Positions 19,142 to 27,320 of a DNA stretch of 28,181 nucleotides are shown here, piece after piece. A program made the position numbers and the translations under genes. The DNA is from Myxococcota bacterium (GTDB taxonomy: Bacteria; Myxococcota; UBA4151), in contig JAPKCE010000001.1 of assembly GCA_028823075.1 (NCBI GenBank), positions 1-28,181 of the forward strand. Direction: 5' to 3'. Every line of letters begins with the position of its first letter. Position 1 is the stretch's first letter. Under the pieces are notes generated by a model. It made no database searches. It worked only from the letters and a program-made list of their open reading frames with translations, and was not told where the DNA came from.

Positions 19142-19660
19142 TTAGCGCGCTGTCGGTGCTCTTTGTAGCCCGAAGCGCAGTAATTTCCAGGTCCTGCCTT
19201 GGTTATCTTGCCCGCGCAGTAGGCCGTGAATCGGCACCCGCGGGTGGTACAGAGACTGGGCGTATGCGACCACGCCGACAAAGCGCCCTGCGGGAACCTC
19301 GACGGCTTTAGCGAGCGAACGCACGGGCTCGTTTCGGCGTTGGCGCAAAAAGGGATCGTCAGGGCTGTTTAGAGCGAGCGTCTTATGTTCAAAAGAATGT
19401 GCGCTTCGGCGGTTTAGCTCAACCTGCCAGCCCTTGGGCCCGTTGCGTAGGACGACGGTCAATAAGACACTGCCGGCGTCTCCGCTTTCTTCGTAAATAG
19501 CCCATTGCTCAACGCTTGGGGTCAAGGCCGCGGTCGAACCGAGAGCATCGTAGCGCGGTAGGGGGCTGAGCGGGGCATCAACCGAGGCTTGGACGGCTCG
19601 GTATTGGGCGCTGGCACAACCCCCAAGCATGATGATCAGGCTGAGGCTTGCACGTGGCAT
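19142..19660 (-). CDS. Hypothetical lipoprotein (172 aa)
   Basis: MPRASLSLIIMLGGC has a canonical lipobox (LGGC). It is the last gene of a tightly packed three-gene run. Confidence 0.6.
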   Translation of the reverse strand: MPRASLSLIIMLGGCASAQYRAVQASVDAPLSPLPRYDALGSTAALTPSVEQWAIYEESGDAGSVLLTVVLRNGPKGWQVELNRRSAHSFEHKTLALNSPDDPFLRQRRNEPVRSLAKAVEVPAGRFVGVVAYAQSLYHPRVPIHGLLRGQDNQGRTWKLLRFGLQRAPTAR

Positions 19661-19665
19661 TAATG

Positions 19666-20046
19666 TTAGCCGGCGTCGGCCGAGGCGTCGACCGGGCTGC
19701 TTACATCGGCAGCTGCGGGCCCAGAATCTTGGATGGGCTCAGCGCCTGCATCGACGACAGCGCCTGCGTCGACTTCAGGGCAGAGTTCTGGACGCTCTTG
19801 GCAGAGGTAGTCGCTCGTGCTGATCTGGCAAGCGCCTTCGACGCAGCGATACCCGGGCAGGCAACTGTCTTCGATGGCTCCACCACCTAAGGCGTCGAGC
19901 ACAAAACCGCATTCTTTCGGCCCGCAAACCCGCCCTCGGCCGCAGATATCTCCGACCGGGCAGTCTTCAGCGCTGTCACAGCTGCGCTCGCTGCAACTGC
20001 TCGCCATGCAAGGCAAGGCCAAGGCGACGAGCACAAGCAATCTCAA
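19666..20046 (-). CDS. Small Cys-rich probable lipoprotein with acidic DAG-repeat tail (126 aa)
   Basis: TTG start in a TTGA overlap. Signal MRLLVLVALALPCMASSC, 10 further Cys including Cx5Cx5Cx5C, and the tail VDAGAVVDAGAEPIQDSG...ADAG. Confidence 0.7.
   Translation of the reverse strand: MRLLVLVALALPCMASSCSERSCDSAEDCPVGDICGRGRVCGPKECGFVLDALGGGAIEDSCLPGYRCVEGACQISTSDYLCQERPELCPEVDAGAVVDAGAEPIQDSGPAAADVSSPVDASADAG
19741..19773. repeat. 18-bp-period imperfect tandem repeat encoding VDAGA twice
   Basis: agcgcctgcatcgac (19741-19755) and agcgcctgcgtcgac (19759-19773) match at 14 of 15 positions. Confidence 0.75.
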
Positions 20047-21617
20047 GGTAGCGCCACGCGAATCGTATAACGAGAAAGCGCCTCGCCATTCGGCATTTTC
20101 ACTTGGTTGCTAGGCAATATAAAATAGGGGTTGTCGAAGATAAGGACCAGGCGGACCGAGATACCGATGTTAGCACTAAAATTCGCGGCGGCGGGTAGGC
20201 GCAAGCGCAATTTACGGGTGTAGCCACTGAGCGCGAAACTCTGACCAGGATACTCTTCGATGAGCAACATATTTGGATAGCTAGGGGTGCCATTGGTTTC
20301 ATAATCGCTCTCGCCAAAAACCGAATTTTCGGCGTCCAAGGGTGCGACGAAAGCAAATTGCGCCAGAACAGACCCAAGACCACTTTGACCGTTGCCTAGG
20401 CGTCTTCCGATGGGCAGATCGGCCTCAAGAATCAGGTCGTCACCACCGTTGATTTGGCCGTCTAGGTTGTGATCGTCCCAGGTCACCGAATAATCCTCAT
20501 CGGAAAAAGGCGCTGCTAGGTTGCTGCTGGTTAAGATGTTGGCGTTACCCATCCAGCTCGCGTCCTCGTCGCCCGCCGCAACAACTCTTAGGCTGAGGTT
20601 GTATTCGGCACCAGCCGCCAGACTCCCCAGCGCTGGGCTCAGGGTGATCAACCGGCCGCCCGACGAAAACTGTGGTTCCAAGTTCAAGCTGGCATCGCCG
20701 CTCTCATCGACCAAAGAACTGTAGAGGCTGCTCGGGTCGATTGGGCGGTCAAATAGGATGCGAATCGGCGTGCCTTCAGCAAGCGGTATAATATGCTGCC
20801 TGCGCTGCACCAGGTCGCGCAGGTTGGAATGTACCATGCGCAGCGCTCCGTTTTGGCGCAAAGTATGCAGAACCTCGCTGCGTTTACGCACCAATAGGGG
20901 CAAGCGCCCCATCTCGATGAGTTGGCTCAATGGAGTTTGCAAGGTTTCGCCGCGGTTCTCATCGTCAGCGTGAATATGCATGGTGACGGTACCACCGAGT
21001 TGGACGCTGCTGGCACCGAGGTGGCTTAGAGCGGGGGCTCCTGCAAAGCGCAATTGGCCCGTGTCATCACTGCTGCTGACTAGGCTCAAACCACCTTTAG
21101 CGGCACCGCCTTGAGTAAAGGAATAAGGAAATTCAAGACTGACGGTGACGCCGCTCGTCCCGACCAACTGCTCATCAAAGACAGTGCTGGTGAGCGTCGT
21201 CGCTGGCAGTAAACCGATAAGGCCAAAGGTGGCGTGGTTGGTGCTCGAGGGGAAGTTCCCCGCGTCATCGGGCAGCTCGACGATAACTCGCGCGCTGATA
21301 AACCCATCTTTGCTTAGGCTCACCATGGCGCTGCCGCCTGCCGGTAAGCCGCTTATCTCGACCACACCGGAAGCGCTGCTGGCCACGTGGCTACGCAGAC
21401 CGGTATACACGCTAACCTGGACCCCATCGAGAGCCTGCCCACTGCTCTGGTCGAAGACGTAGCCCGACAATGAGCTTTCCGGATGCACCAAGGCGATCTG
21501 CGTGACGCTGCCCGGCGAGTCGCCGAGGCCGTCGCCGTTAAGATCGATATTTTCCTCACTTTCGGCGCCACAAGCGACGAGCATGATGCTCAATAATAGA
21601 TAGATAGTAGTTTTCAT
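20043..21617 (-). CDS. Lipoprotein with carboxypeptidase-regulatory-like and Ig-like beta domains and Ca-binding loops (524 aa)
   Basis: Lipobox LVAC at residue 16. LSGYVFDQSSGQALDGVQVSV is a CarboxypepD_reg-like start, and IRILFDRPIDPSS...ITLSP..L.AGAEYNLSL is Big/Ig-like. Also DLNGDGLGD and DHNLDGQINGGD. Domain names are from motif recognition only. Confidence 0.72.
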   Translation of the reverse strand: MKTTIYLLLSIMLVACGAESEENIDLNGDGLGDSPGSVTQIALVHPESSLSGYVFDQSSGQALDGVQVSVYTGLRSHVASSASGVVEISGLPAGGSAMVSLSKDGFISARVIVELPDDAGNFPSSTNHATFGLIGLLPATTLTSTVFDEQLVGTSGVTVSLEFPYSFTQGGAAKGGLSLVSSSDDTGQLRFAGAPALSHLGASSVQLGGTVTMHIHADDENRGETLQTPLSQLIEMGRLPLLVRKRSEVLHTLRQNGALRMVHSNLRDLVQRRQHIIPLAEGTPIRILFDRPIDPSSLYSSLVDESGDASLNLEPQFSSGGRLITLSPALGSLAAGAEYNLSLRVVAAGDEDASWMGNANILTSSNLAAPFSDEDYSVTWDDHNLDGQINGGDDLILEADLPIGRRLGNGQSGLGSVLAQFAFVAPLDAENSVFGESDYETNGTPSYPNMLLIEEYPGQSFALSGYTRKLRLRLPAAANFSANIGISVRLVLIFDNPYFILPSNQVKMPNGEALSRYTIRVALP

Positions 21618-21789
21618 CGTAACCTTTCGAAGGTTTTGCTTTAAGCGGGGATAGCGCAGCGGTCAACGCTCTGTGACGAGTAGTCTTTTTTGACTGCGTC
21701 TAGGAGCTTTGACCGATGCCCGTTGCACCGGGTCTCCACGAGGAGTACCACCCCGCCGTAAATCATCAAATTTCCTTTTAGGAGAGAAC

Positions 21790-24700
21790 ATGCGTCAGCT
21801 TCTAAGCGCCCTTGCTTTGGTTGGTCTTTTTTCTGCGTGTGCGCAGGATGTCGCCGATATTGATCGTACCAAACCCAACAAGGTTCATAAGTCGATGTTC
21901 CAAGGGACTTGGTACTTTCGTGGCACCGTCACCGAAGTCGCTCCAGATATGGCCGGACTTTTTGAGGGCATCGCAACGGGTCTATCGAAGGTTCGTTGGG
22001 AGATCACCGAGAGCGAGCTGCGCGGTTGGACGAGCAACGAGACCGTCATCGGTATGGATCAAGAAATTGATGATTGCCGCCGAGTCAACACGGTGCACGT
22101 CGACGGGCGTATCGATATTGAAGAGACGCGGGACGAAGATTGCATGCGTCGCTCGGCGCTCGACGGGCCTCAGTTGAACCAAGATGGATATCGCACGCGC
22201 TGGGGTCGTTTACCTGACGCCTATAAAGGTTCGATGGTGATCAGCTTTCCCATCGCCGGACATTTCGATGTTAAGCGTGGCTATAACCCAGCAACGGGCG
22301 AGCAGACCAATGTGCTCGGCGAAAACGCCAGCGATCGCGACTGGTGGCAGCGCGATTATATGCGCGTCAGTTGGGGCAGCCCCTCGGTGCAGTTTATCAA
22401 CGGCGAACTGGTCAACAGCTACGGCGATGATTCTGAGCCTGAAAATTCCGATCACCGCATCCGTTTTCTCACCGATGATGGGACGTCGGTCGCCAATGGT
22501 CAGGCTGCCGAAGGCCAAGAAGTCCGCTATTTCGACTTTGGTACTCGCCAGGCTGCCACCATGTACGCTCTCTACGGCGGGCGTCGTTACCCTTATTGCT
22601 ACTTCTCTGAGACCACTTCTTGCGATGCCGCAAAGGTGGCTATGCGTTATTCCTTCTTAAAGACGGAGGCCATGCGCGACTTCGCGCCGGTAGCTTACGA
22701 CGATACCAAAATGGGTCGCTTCGGTTACTTTCGCACCGAGCGTTACGGTCATATGCGCCGTCGCGGTCTCACCGAGTCCGGGCGCGTGCGTTTGGCCTCA
22801 GTGCATAATCTATGGAAAACCACCTACCAGCGTAAGGCCGACGGAAACTATAAGCTCGAAGCGGTAAAAAATGATGCTGATGAGACCGTCGCTTATCGCC
22901 GTATGGAGATTCCGGTTCAGGAGCGTCAGCCGAAACCGATGGCCTATCACCTGTCACCGTACTTCCCTGAAGCCATTAAAGAATATGCGTATCGTGTGGG
23001 TGATTCTTGGAACGACGCTTATCGCCGCACCATCGCTGCGGCTTGGGGTTACCAAAGCGCCAGTGAAGCCGATGAGGATAATGCAGGCATTCCCGATATG
23101 TATGTCGTTTGCGACAATCCGGTTCCTGCCGAAATTCCGGCGCGCTATCGCGGCGGTTTGGGCGACGCTTACTACGAAGTTTGTGGTGCCGCTGGCACCC
23201 GCGCTTTGCCCGGCGATCTGCGCTACAACACCATGTATTGGGTGCATGACCGCAACGATGGACCTTTAGGTTACGGCCCCTCCTACCAAGATCCCGAGAG
23301 CGGCGAGACCATCTCGGGGACAGCTTGGGTCTACGGCGCCGCTGTCGATACCTATGCTCAATATGCCTTGGACCTTGTCAACGCCATGAACGGCGACCTG
23401 GACATCGACGACATTCGCAGCGGTGATTACGTCAAGGCTATGGTCGCTGGTAGCCGCCATGTCACCGACCCGCGCAACATGCCCATCGAAGATTTTGATA
23501 ATTTGCTGAAAGATGAAGACGGCCCGCTCGGCCCTTCCGGCCGCGCCGTGATGGAGCGTATTGAGCGTATTTCGGCTGACCCTGCTGGTGAGTTGGGCGA
23601 CGACATCACCCATGCTCGTCATCGCCGTATGCAGCGGTTCTTAAAGGAGTCGCCGCTCGCTGACGATCTGGTCAATGGCGAGATTTTAGCTGCGGCAGCT
23701 GGCAATCGCATGACGCCCGGTGGCACGGTTACCGATGCCATGCACGACGACGCGCGCTCGTTGCTCAGTGGTAATATGGACGCCATTGAGCGGCGCAAAG
23801 AGATCAACGATGTGGCTTCGCATTTGTCGATCTGGACTCGCGACAATTTTGAAGACTCCAGTTTGATCGGTTTGGCGAAAGAGATGAAGGAGCGTTACGC
23901 CGACCGTCCTGACGCCCAAGATGAGATGTACCAAGAGCTGCGCGGCCGTATTTTCCAGGGTGTGATGGAGCATGAGGTGGGTCATACCCTCGGATTACGC
24001 CATAACTTTGCGGGCTCTTACGACGCTATGAATTACCAAGATGACTTCTGGCGTGTGCGCAAAGCCGGTTTAAAACGCGCCTGGACCAACATCCATAGCG
24101 ACGGTTCGTTAACCGTTAGTGATTTGCTCGGGTTTCGCAATCTAACAAGCGGCGAGCTTGAAGGTGCCGGGGCCGAAGATGGTCAGTACGGTGGGGTTAG
24201 CGAGTATCAGTACAGCTCGATCATGGATTACGGTGCCACATTTAACTCGGATTTCCACGGCATTGGTAAGTACGATGAAGCCGCTATTTTGTTTGGTTAT
24301 GCCGGCAAAGTTGAGGTCTTCGACCAGCTCAGCCGTAACAATAAATACCTTCTAAAAGGTTCGGCCGAGACGGTTTTATCGTCTCATGCCTGGGACGTCG
24401 GTACCGGCAATTACAATTGCCTACCTAGCTTTGAAGACCGCGTTAGCCCTGGCGAAAAAGCGCTTACCGAAAAGCTGCATTACGCCTGGTTACCTATCCT
24501 CTTCTCGGACGCTGCGGCTCCCTCGGGCGACGCCGGTGCTGCGGTTAACGCTGCGGTGGAAGCTGGCGTCACGAACCTTGGCCCGAGCAACCGTCGTTTG
24601 ATCGATTATTCGGTGATCGAAGAGCAGCTCAATGTCGAGCGCGAGCACCGCCGAACGCATCGTCAAGACTGCGCCAAAGAGTCGGCCGCCTTGCATCCTG

Positions 24701-26214
24701 ATCGCCCGGTGATGGTGCCGTATATGTTCTGCTCTGACGAATGGGTCGGCAGCGTCGCTAACTGCAACCGTTGGGACGAAGGCGCCGATCCGGCAGCAAT
24801 TCTCGAGCGTACCATGAACCAGCTTGATGATTATTACTGGTTTAACAACTATAAGCGTGACCGGGTTAGCTTTAGCACCACCTCGCCAGCGAACCGCGCC
24901 TTGTCGCGCACCTATCCGACGATGTTGCTGATGTACCAACAGTGGCTCTTTGGCCGCAATCAGACGGATCTCATTCTCGAGTATCCGTGGCGCACGGGTG
25001 TCTTTGATTCGCTCAACCGCTTTGGTGAGGTGCTCAGTAAACCGCGCTACGGCACCTATTATTTGAGCAACAATGGCGAGGACGCCTACCTCTATGATTA
25101 TGAGCCTCGCGCCCTCGGTGAAGAGCTCGACCAGGTGAATAATATCGCTATTACCGCCGACTTTGTTGTGCCTCGAGGCGTGGGTCGCAAACCCTTCTCA
25201 AGTTACGATTATGATGGTGGTTATTACTACTATGAACGTCCGCTTGAGGCAGGCCATTTCTGGGATTTCTACGCGGCTTTGTTGAGTCAAGGAAACGCCA
25301 CGGCGGCTATTCTCGGTACCGAATCAGCGGCCGACCAGCGACGCTTTTACCTGCCCTTCCACCTGGTTTTCCCGGAATCGCTCGATCGTTTGTATTCGGG
25401 TATCATCACCAACCGCCAAAAGGATTATGCGCCCAAGCTCTTTGTGCGTGACCTTGGCGGTGATGAGGCGGCTTGTGTGGCCTCTGGCTCTAGAGTCGGC
25501 GGCACGGGCATCACCGGAAAAGACAATGATTGTTATTTGATGGTGGGCAAGCCGATCTTTGATTGGCGCGGCGTCACCTCGGGCGCTTTGGTCGATGGCG
25601 AGCGCAATTATGCAGCGCCCTTCGCGACCAACGACGTCGACGGTGAGAATTGGGATGATGGCATCACCGTTCGTCTGCACAATAATTATACTAACAAACT
25701 CTACGCAACGATCTTCGGTGCCATGTTCTTTACCTCCACCTGGGAGCGTAACTTTATCGATGGGATGAAGATATGGCGCGTCGGTACTTCCGAGGACCAT
25801 AGCATCGCCCCTGGCCATCAACGCATCGAGTTCTACGACCCGCGCAGTGGCTTTGTTTACGCATCTCAGTCGGAGAAAGTGCGCCCCTGTGCGGTCACCG
25901 ACGAAGAGCGAGACAACGCCTTGGCCGTGCGTACTATCTGTGATGGACAGGTGGCTCAGGGCGACTGGAATGATGCCGACACCGCCCTTTCCGAAGCTGA
26001 CGAGAATATTGAAAACCAAGATCTTGATTGCGATGCTAACGGCGTGCCGGACGAATGTTCCCAAGACCGAGCGCGCGATGGCTTGAACCTGGCCGACCAA
26101 TGTGTTCGTAAGCTCTGCGCCCAGGACGCGAAGCGCTTTGCGGATAGCCGTTTGGACGATGCGGTGAGCTGGTCCTTACGTTTCCGTGATCTTTACCGCG
26201 CCCTGGTCGACTAA
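21790..26214 (+). CDS. Giant lipoprotein zinc metalloprotease (metzincin), ~1474 aa
   Basis: AGGAG RBS, then MRQLLSALALVGLFSAC (lipobox-like). Motifs GYGPSYQDPESGETISG, HEVGHTLGLRHNFAGS (23971-24003 onward), Met-turn SSIMDYG (ATG 24223) and YMFCSDE. Confidence 0.88.
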   Translation: MRQLLSALALVGLFSACAQDVADIDRTKPNKVHKSMFQGTWYFRGTVTEVAPDMAGLFEGIATGLSKVRWEITESELRGWTSNETVIGMDQEIDDCRRVNTVHVDGRIDIEETRDEDCMRRSALDGPQLNQDGYRTRWGRLPDAYKGSMVISFPIAGHFDVKRGYNPATGEQTNVLGENASDRDWWQRDYMRVSWGSPSVQFINGELVNSYGDDSEPENSDHRIRFLTDDGTSVANGQAAEGQEVRYFDFGTRQAATMYALYGGRRYPYCYFSETTSCDAAKVAMRYSFLKTEAMRDFAPVAYDDTKMGRFGYFRTERYGHMRRRGLTESGRVRLASVHNLWKTTYQRKADGNYKLEAVKNDADETVAYRRMEIPVQERQPKPMAYHLSPYFPEAIKEYAYRVGDSWNDAYRRTIAAAWGYQSASEADEDNAGIPDMYVVCDNPVPAEIPARYRGGLGDAYYEVCGAAGTRALPGDLRYNTMYWVHDRNDGPLGYGPSYQDPESGETISGTAWVYGAAVDTYAQYALDLVNAMNGDLDIDDIRSGDYVKAMVAGSRHVTDPRNMPIEDFDNLLKDEDGPLGPSGRAVMERIERISADPAGELGDDITHARHRRMQRFLKESPLADDLVNGEILAAAAGNRMTPGGTVTDAMHDDARSLLSGNMDAIERRKEINDVASHLSIWTRDNFEDSSLIGLAKEMKERYADRPDAQDEMYQELRGRIFQGVMEHEVGHTLGLRHNFAGSYDAMNYQDDFWRVRKAGLKRAWTNIHSDGSLTVSDLLGFRNLTSGELEGAGAEDGQYGGVSEYQYSSIMDYGATFNSDFHGIGKYDEAAILFGYAGKVEVFDQLSRNNKYLLKGSAETVLSSHAWDVGTGNYNCLPSFEDRVSPGEKALTEKLHYAWLPILFSDAAAPSGDAGAAVNAAVEAGVTNLGPSNRRLIDYSVIEEQLNVEREHRRTHRQDCAKESAALHPDRPVMVPYMFCSDEWVGSVANCNRWDEGADPAAILERTMNQLDDYYWFNNYKRDRVSFSTTSPANRALSRTYPTMLLMYQQWLFGRNQTDLILEYPWRTGVFDSLNRFGEVLSKPRYGTYYLSNNGEDAYLYDYEPRALGEELDQVNNIAITADFVVPRGVGRKPFSSYDYDGGYYYYERPLEAGHFWDFYAALLSQGNATAAILGTESAADQRRFYLPFHLVFPESLDRLYSGIITNRQKDYAPKLFVRDLGGDEAACVASGSRVGGTGITGKDNDCYLMVGKPIFDWRGVTSGALVDGERNYAAPFATNDVDGENWDDGITVRLHNNYTNKLYATIFGAMFFTSTWERNFIDGMKIWRVGTSEDHSIAPGHQRIEFYDPRSGFVYASQSEKVRPCAVTDEERDNALAVRTICDGQVAQGDWNDADTALSEADENIENQDLDCDANGVPDECSQDRARDGLNLADQCVRKLCAQDAKRFADSRLDDAVSWSLRFRDLYRALVD

Positions 26215-26238
26215 CAAAGAGGCCTTTTGGAGCTGATG

Positions 26239-27306
26239 ATGATGCGATTGTTTGTGATGATCTTGTTCGCCGCCGCCCCTGCGCAGGCTTCGGATAACCC
26301 GGCGATGACCACCGCGCCAAAGGGGTCTTTCCCCTTCTCTGGCTCCGTCAGTTGGGGTCATTCGCTGGGGCAGGGCAGTTTTGTGCGCAACTATTACGCG
26401 CGCAACGCCGCCTATTCTCAGAGCTTGGGCCTGTCGGGTTCTTGGAGCTTACCTTGGAAGGGCTACAGCCTGTCGGCTAGCCAGGGCTGGGGTATGGAGC
26501 TGACCACAGGTGGTTCCATGCGCAATCATGAGCTTAACTACGGTGACATCGGGCTCGGTTTCGGCCTGCCCTTTGGCTTTAAAGCCTTGGGGTTCAAGTT
26601 TGGTAGCCGCATCGGCGCCGGCATCCCCATCTCCAAAGCGAGCCGCTTTATGGGTAAAGTCACGGGCCTCTCCGGGGCGCTCTCGGGTGGCCGCAAGTTC
26701 GGTGACAAACTCAGCGTATCCTTGAGCATGAGTTTATCGCGCAGCTTCTACACCGAGCGTCTGCGCACGGTCGACGTTAGCGACGGGCGCGGCTTTGTCG
26801 ATACTAACGGCAACACCTTAACCCCCTTTAATCAGATCTGCCGCGACGAGGAATTGGTGCTTAGCGGCGCCGGTGAAGTCACCGGTTGCCGGGTTGCAGG
26901 CGTTAACGGTGGCATCAACTTAAGCAGCTCCATCGGGGTCTCTTATAAGGTCGATAAAAAGCTCTCCGCATCGGCTAGCTTAGCTTTTATCAACAGTTTT
27001 AAAGATTACAGCATGCCCGTTGATGGCTTTGCATCGTCTTTTGCTCAGTCCGGTATCGGCCGTTCGGATATGACCTCGGGCAGCTTGGGCTTGGGTTATG
27101 CGTATTCTAAAAAAATTCGCATGGGTTTGTCCATGTCCAGCACCCAACCGGCGCTGCATTGGTCGAGCGATGATGTCGCCGATGAAAATGGCAACATTTC
27201 CCAAGTCGGTCAGGGCAGCTGGACCCCCAACTTTCCATGGTGGGATTTCCGCACGACCGCCAATAACTACAGCTCCTTTTCGGGCAGCGTGAGTTACTCC
27301 TTCTAA
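26239..27306 (+). CDS. Probable outer-membrane beta-barrel protein (~355 aa)
   Basis: GGAG RBS at 26229-26232 and signal peptide MMRLFVMILFAAAPAQA. Many alternating Gly/Ser/aromatic strands (FSGSVSWGHSL, LSVSLSMSLSRSFY, LSSSIGVSYKV) and the C-terminal beta-signal FSGSVSYSF. The exact start among three tandem ATGs is uncertain. Confidence 0.75.
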   Translation: MMRLFVMILFAAAPAQASDNPAMTTAPKGSFPFSGSVSWGHSLGQGSFVRNYYARNAAYSQSLGLSGSWSLPWKGYSLSASQGWGMELTTGGSMRNHELNYGDIGLGFGLPFGFKALGFKFGSRIGAGIPISKASRFMGKVTGLSGALSGGRKFGDKLSVSLSMSLSRSFYTERLRTVDVSDGRGFVDTNGNTLTPFNQICRDEELVLSGAGEVTGCRVAGVNGGINLSSSIGVSYKVDKKLSASASLAFINSFKDYSMPVDGFASSFAQSGIGRSDMTSGSLGLGYAYSKKIRMGLSMSSTQPALHWSSDDVADENGNISQVGQGSWTPNFPWWDFRTTANNYSSFSGSVSYSF

Positions 27307-27320
27307 TTGGAGCTTAGCCG

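Noticed and set aside
21382-21391. Palindrome GCCACGTGGC resembling the parS core
   Set aside because: It lacks the flanking GTT(T/C)...(A/G)AAC of parS and lies within a CDS.
21662-21713. Repeated TGAC/GTCA 4-mers in the divergent promoter region
   Set aside because: Too short and irregularly spaced (17 and 19 nt) to distinguish from chance without comparative data.
21709-21789. TTG-start extension of the giant protease
   Set aside because: ATG 21790 has an AGGAG RBS and begins a clean lipoprotein signal peptide.
25324-26100. 258-aa minus-strand ORF inside the giant protease
   Set aside because: It lies on the codon-mirror antisense frame, with no RBS or motif that I can support.
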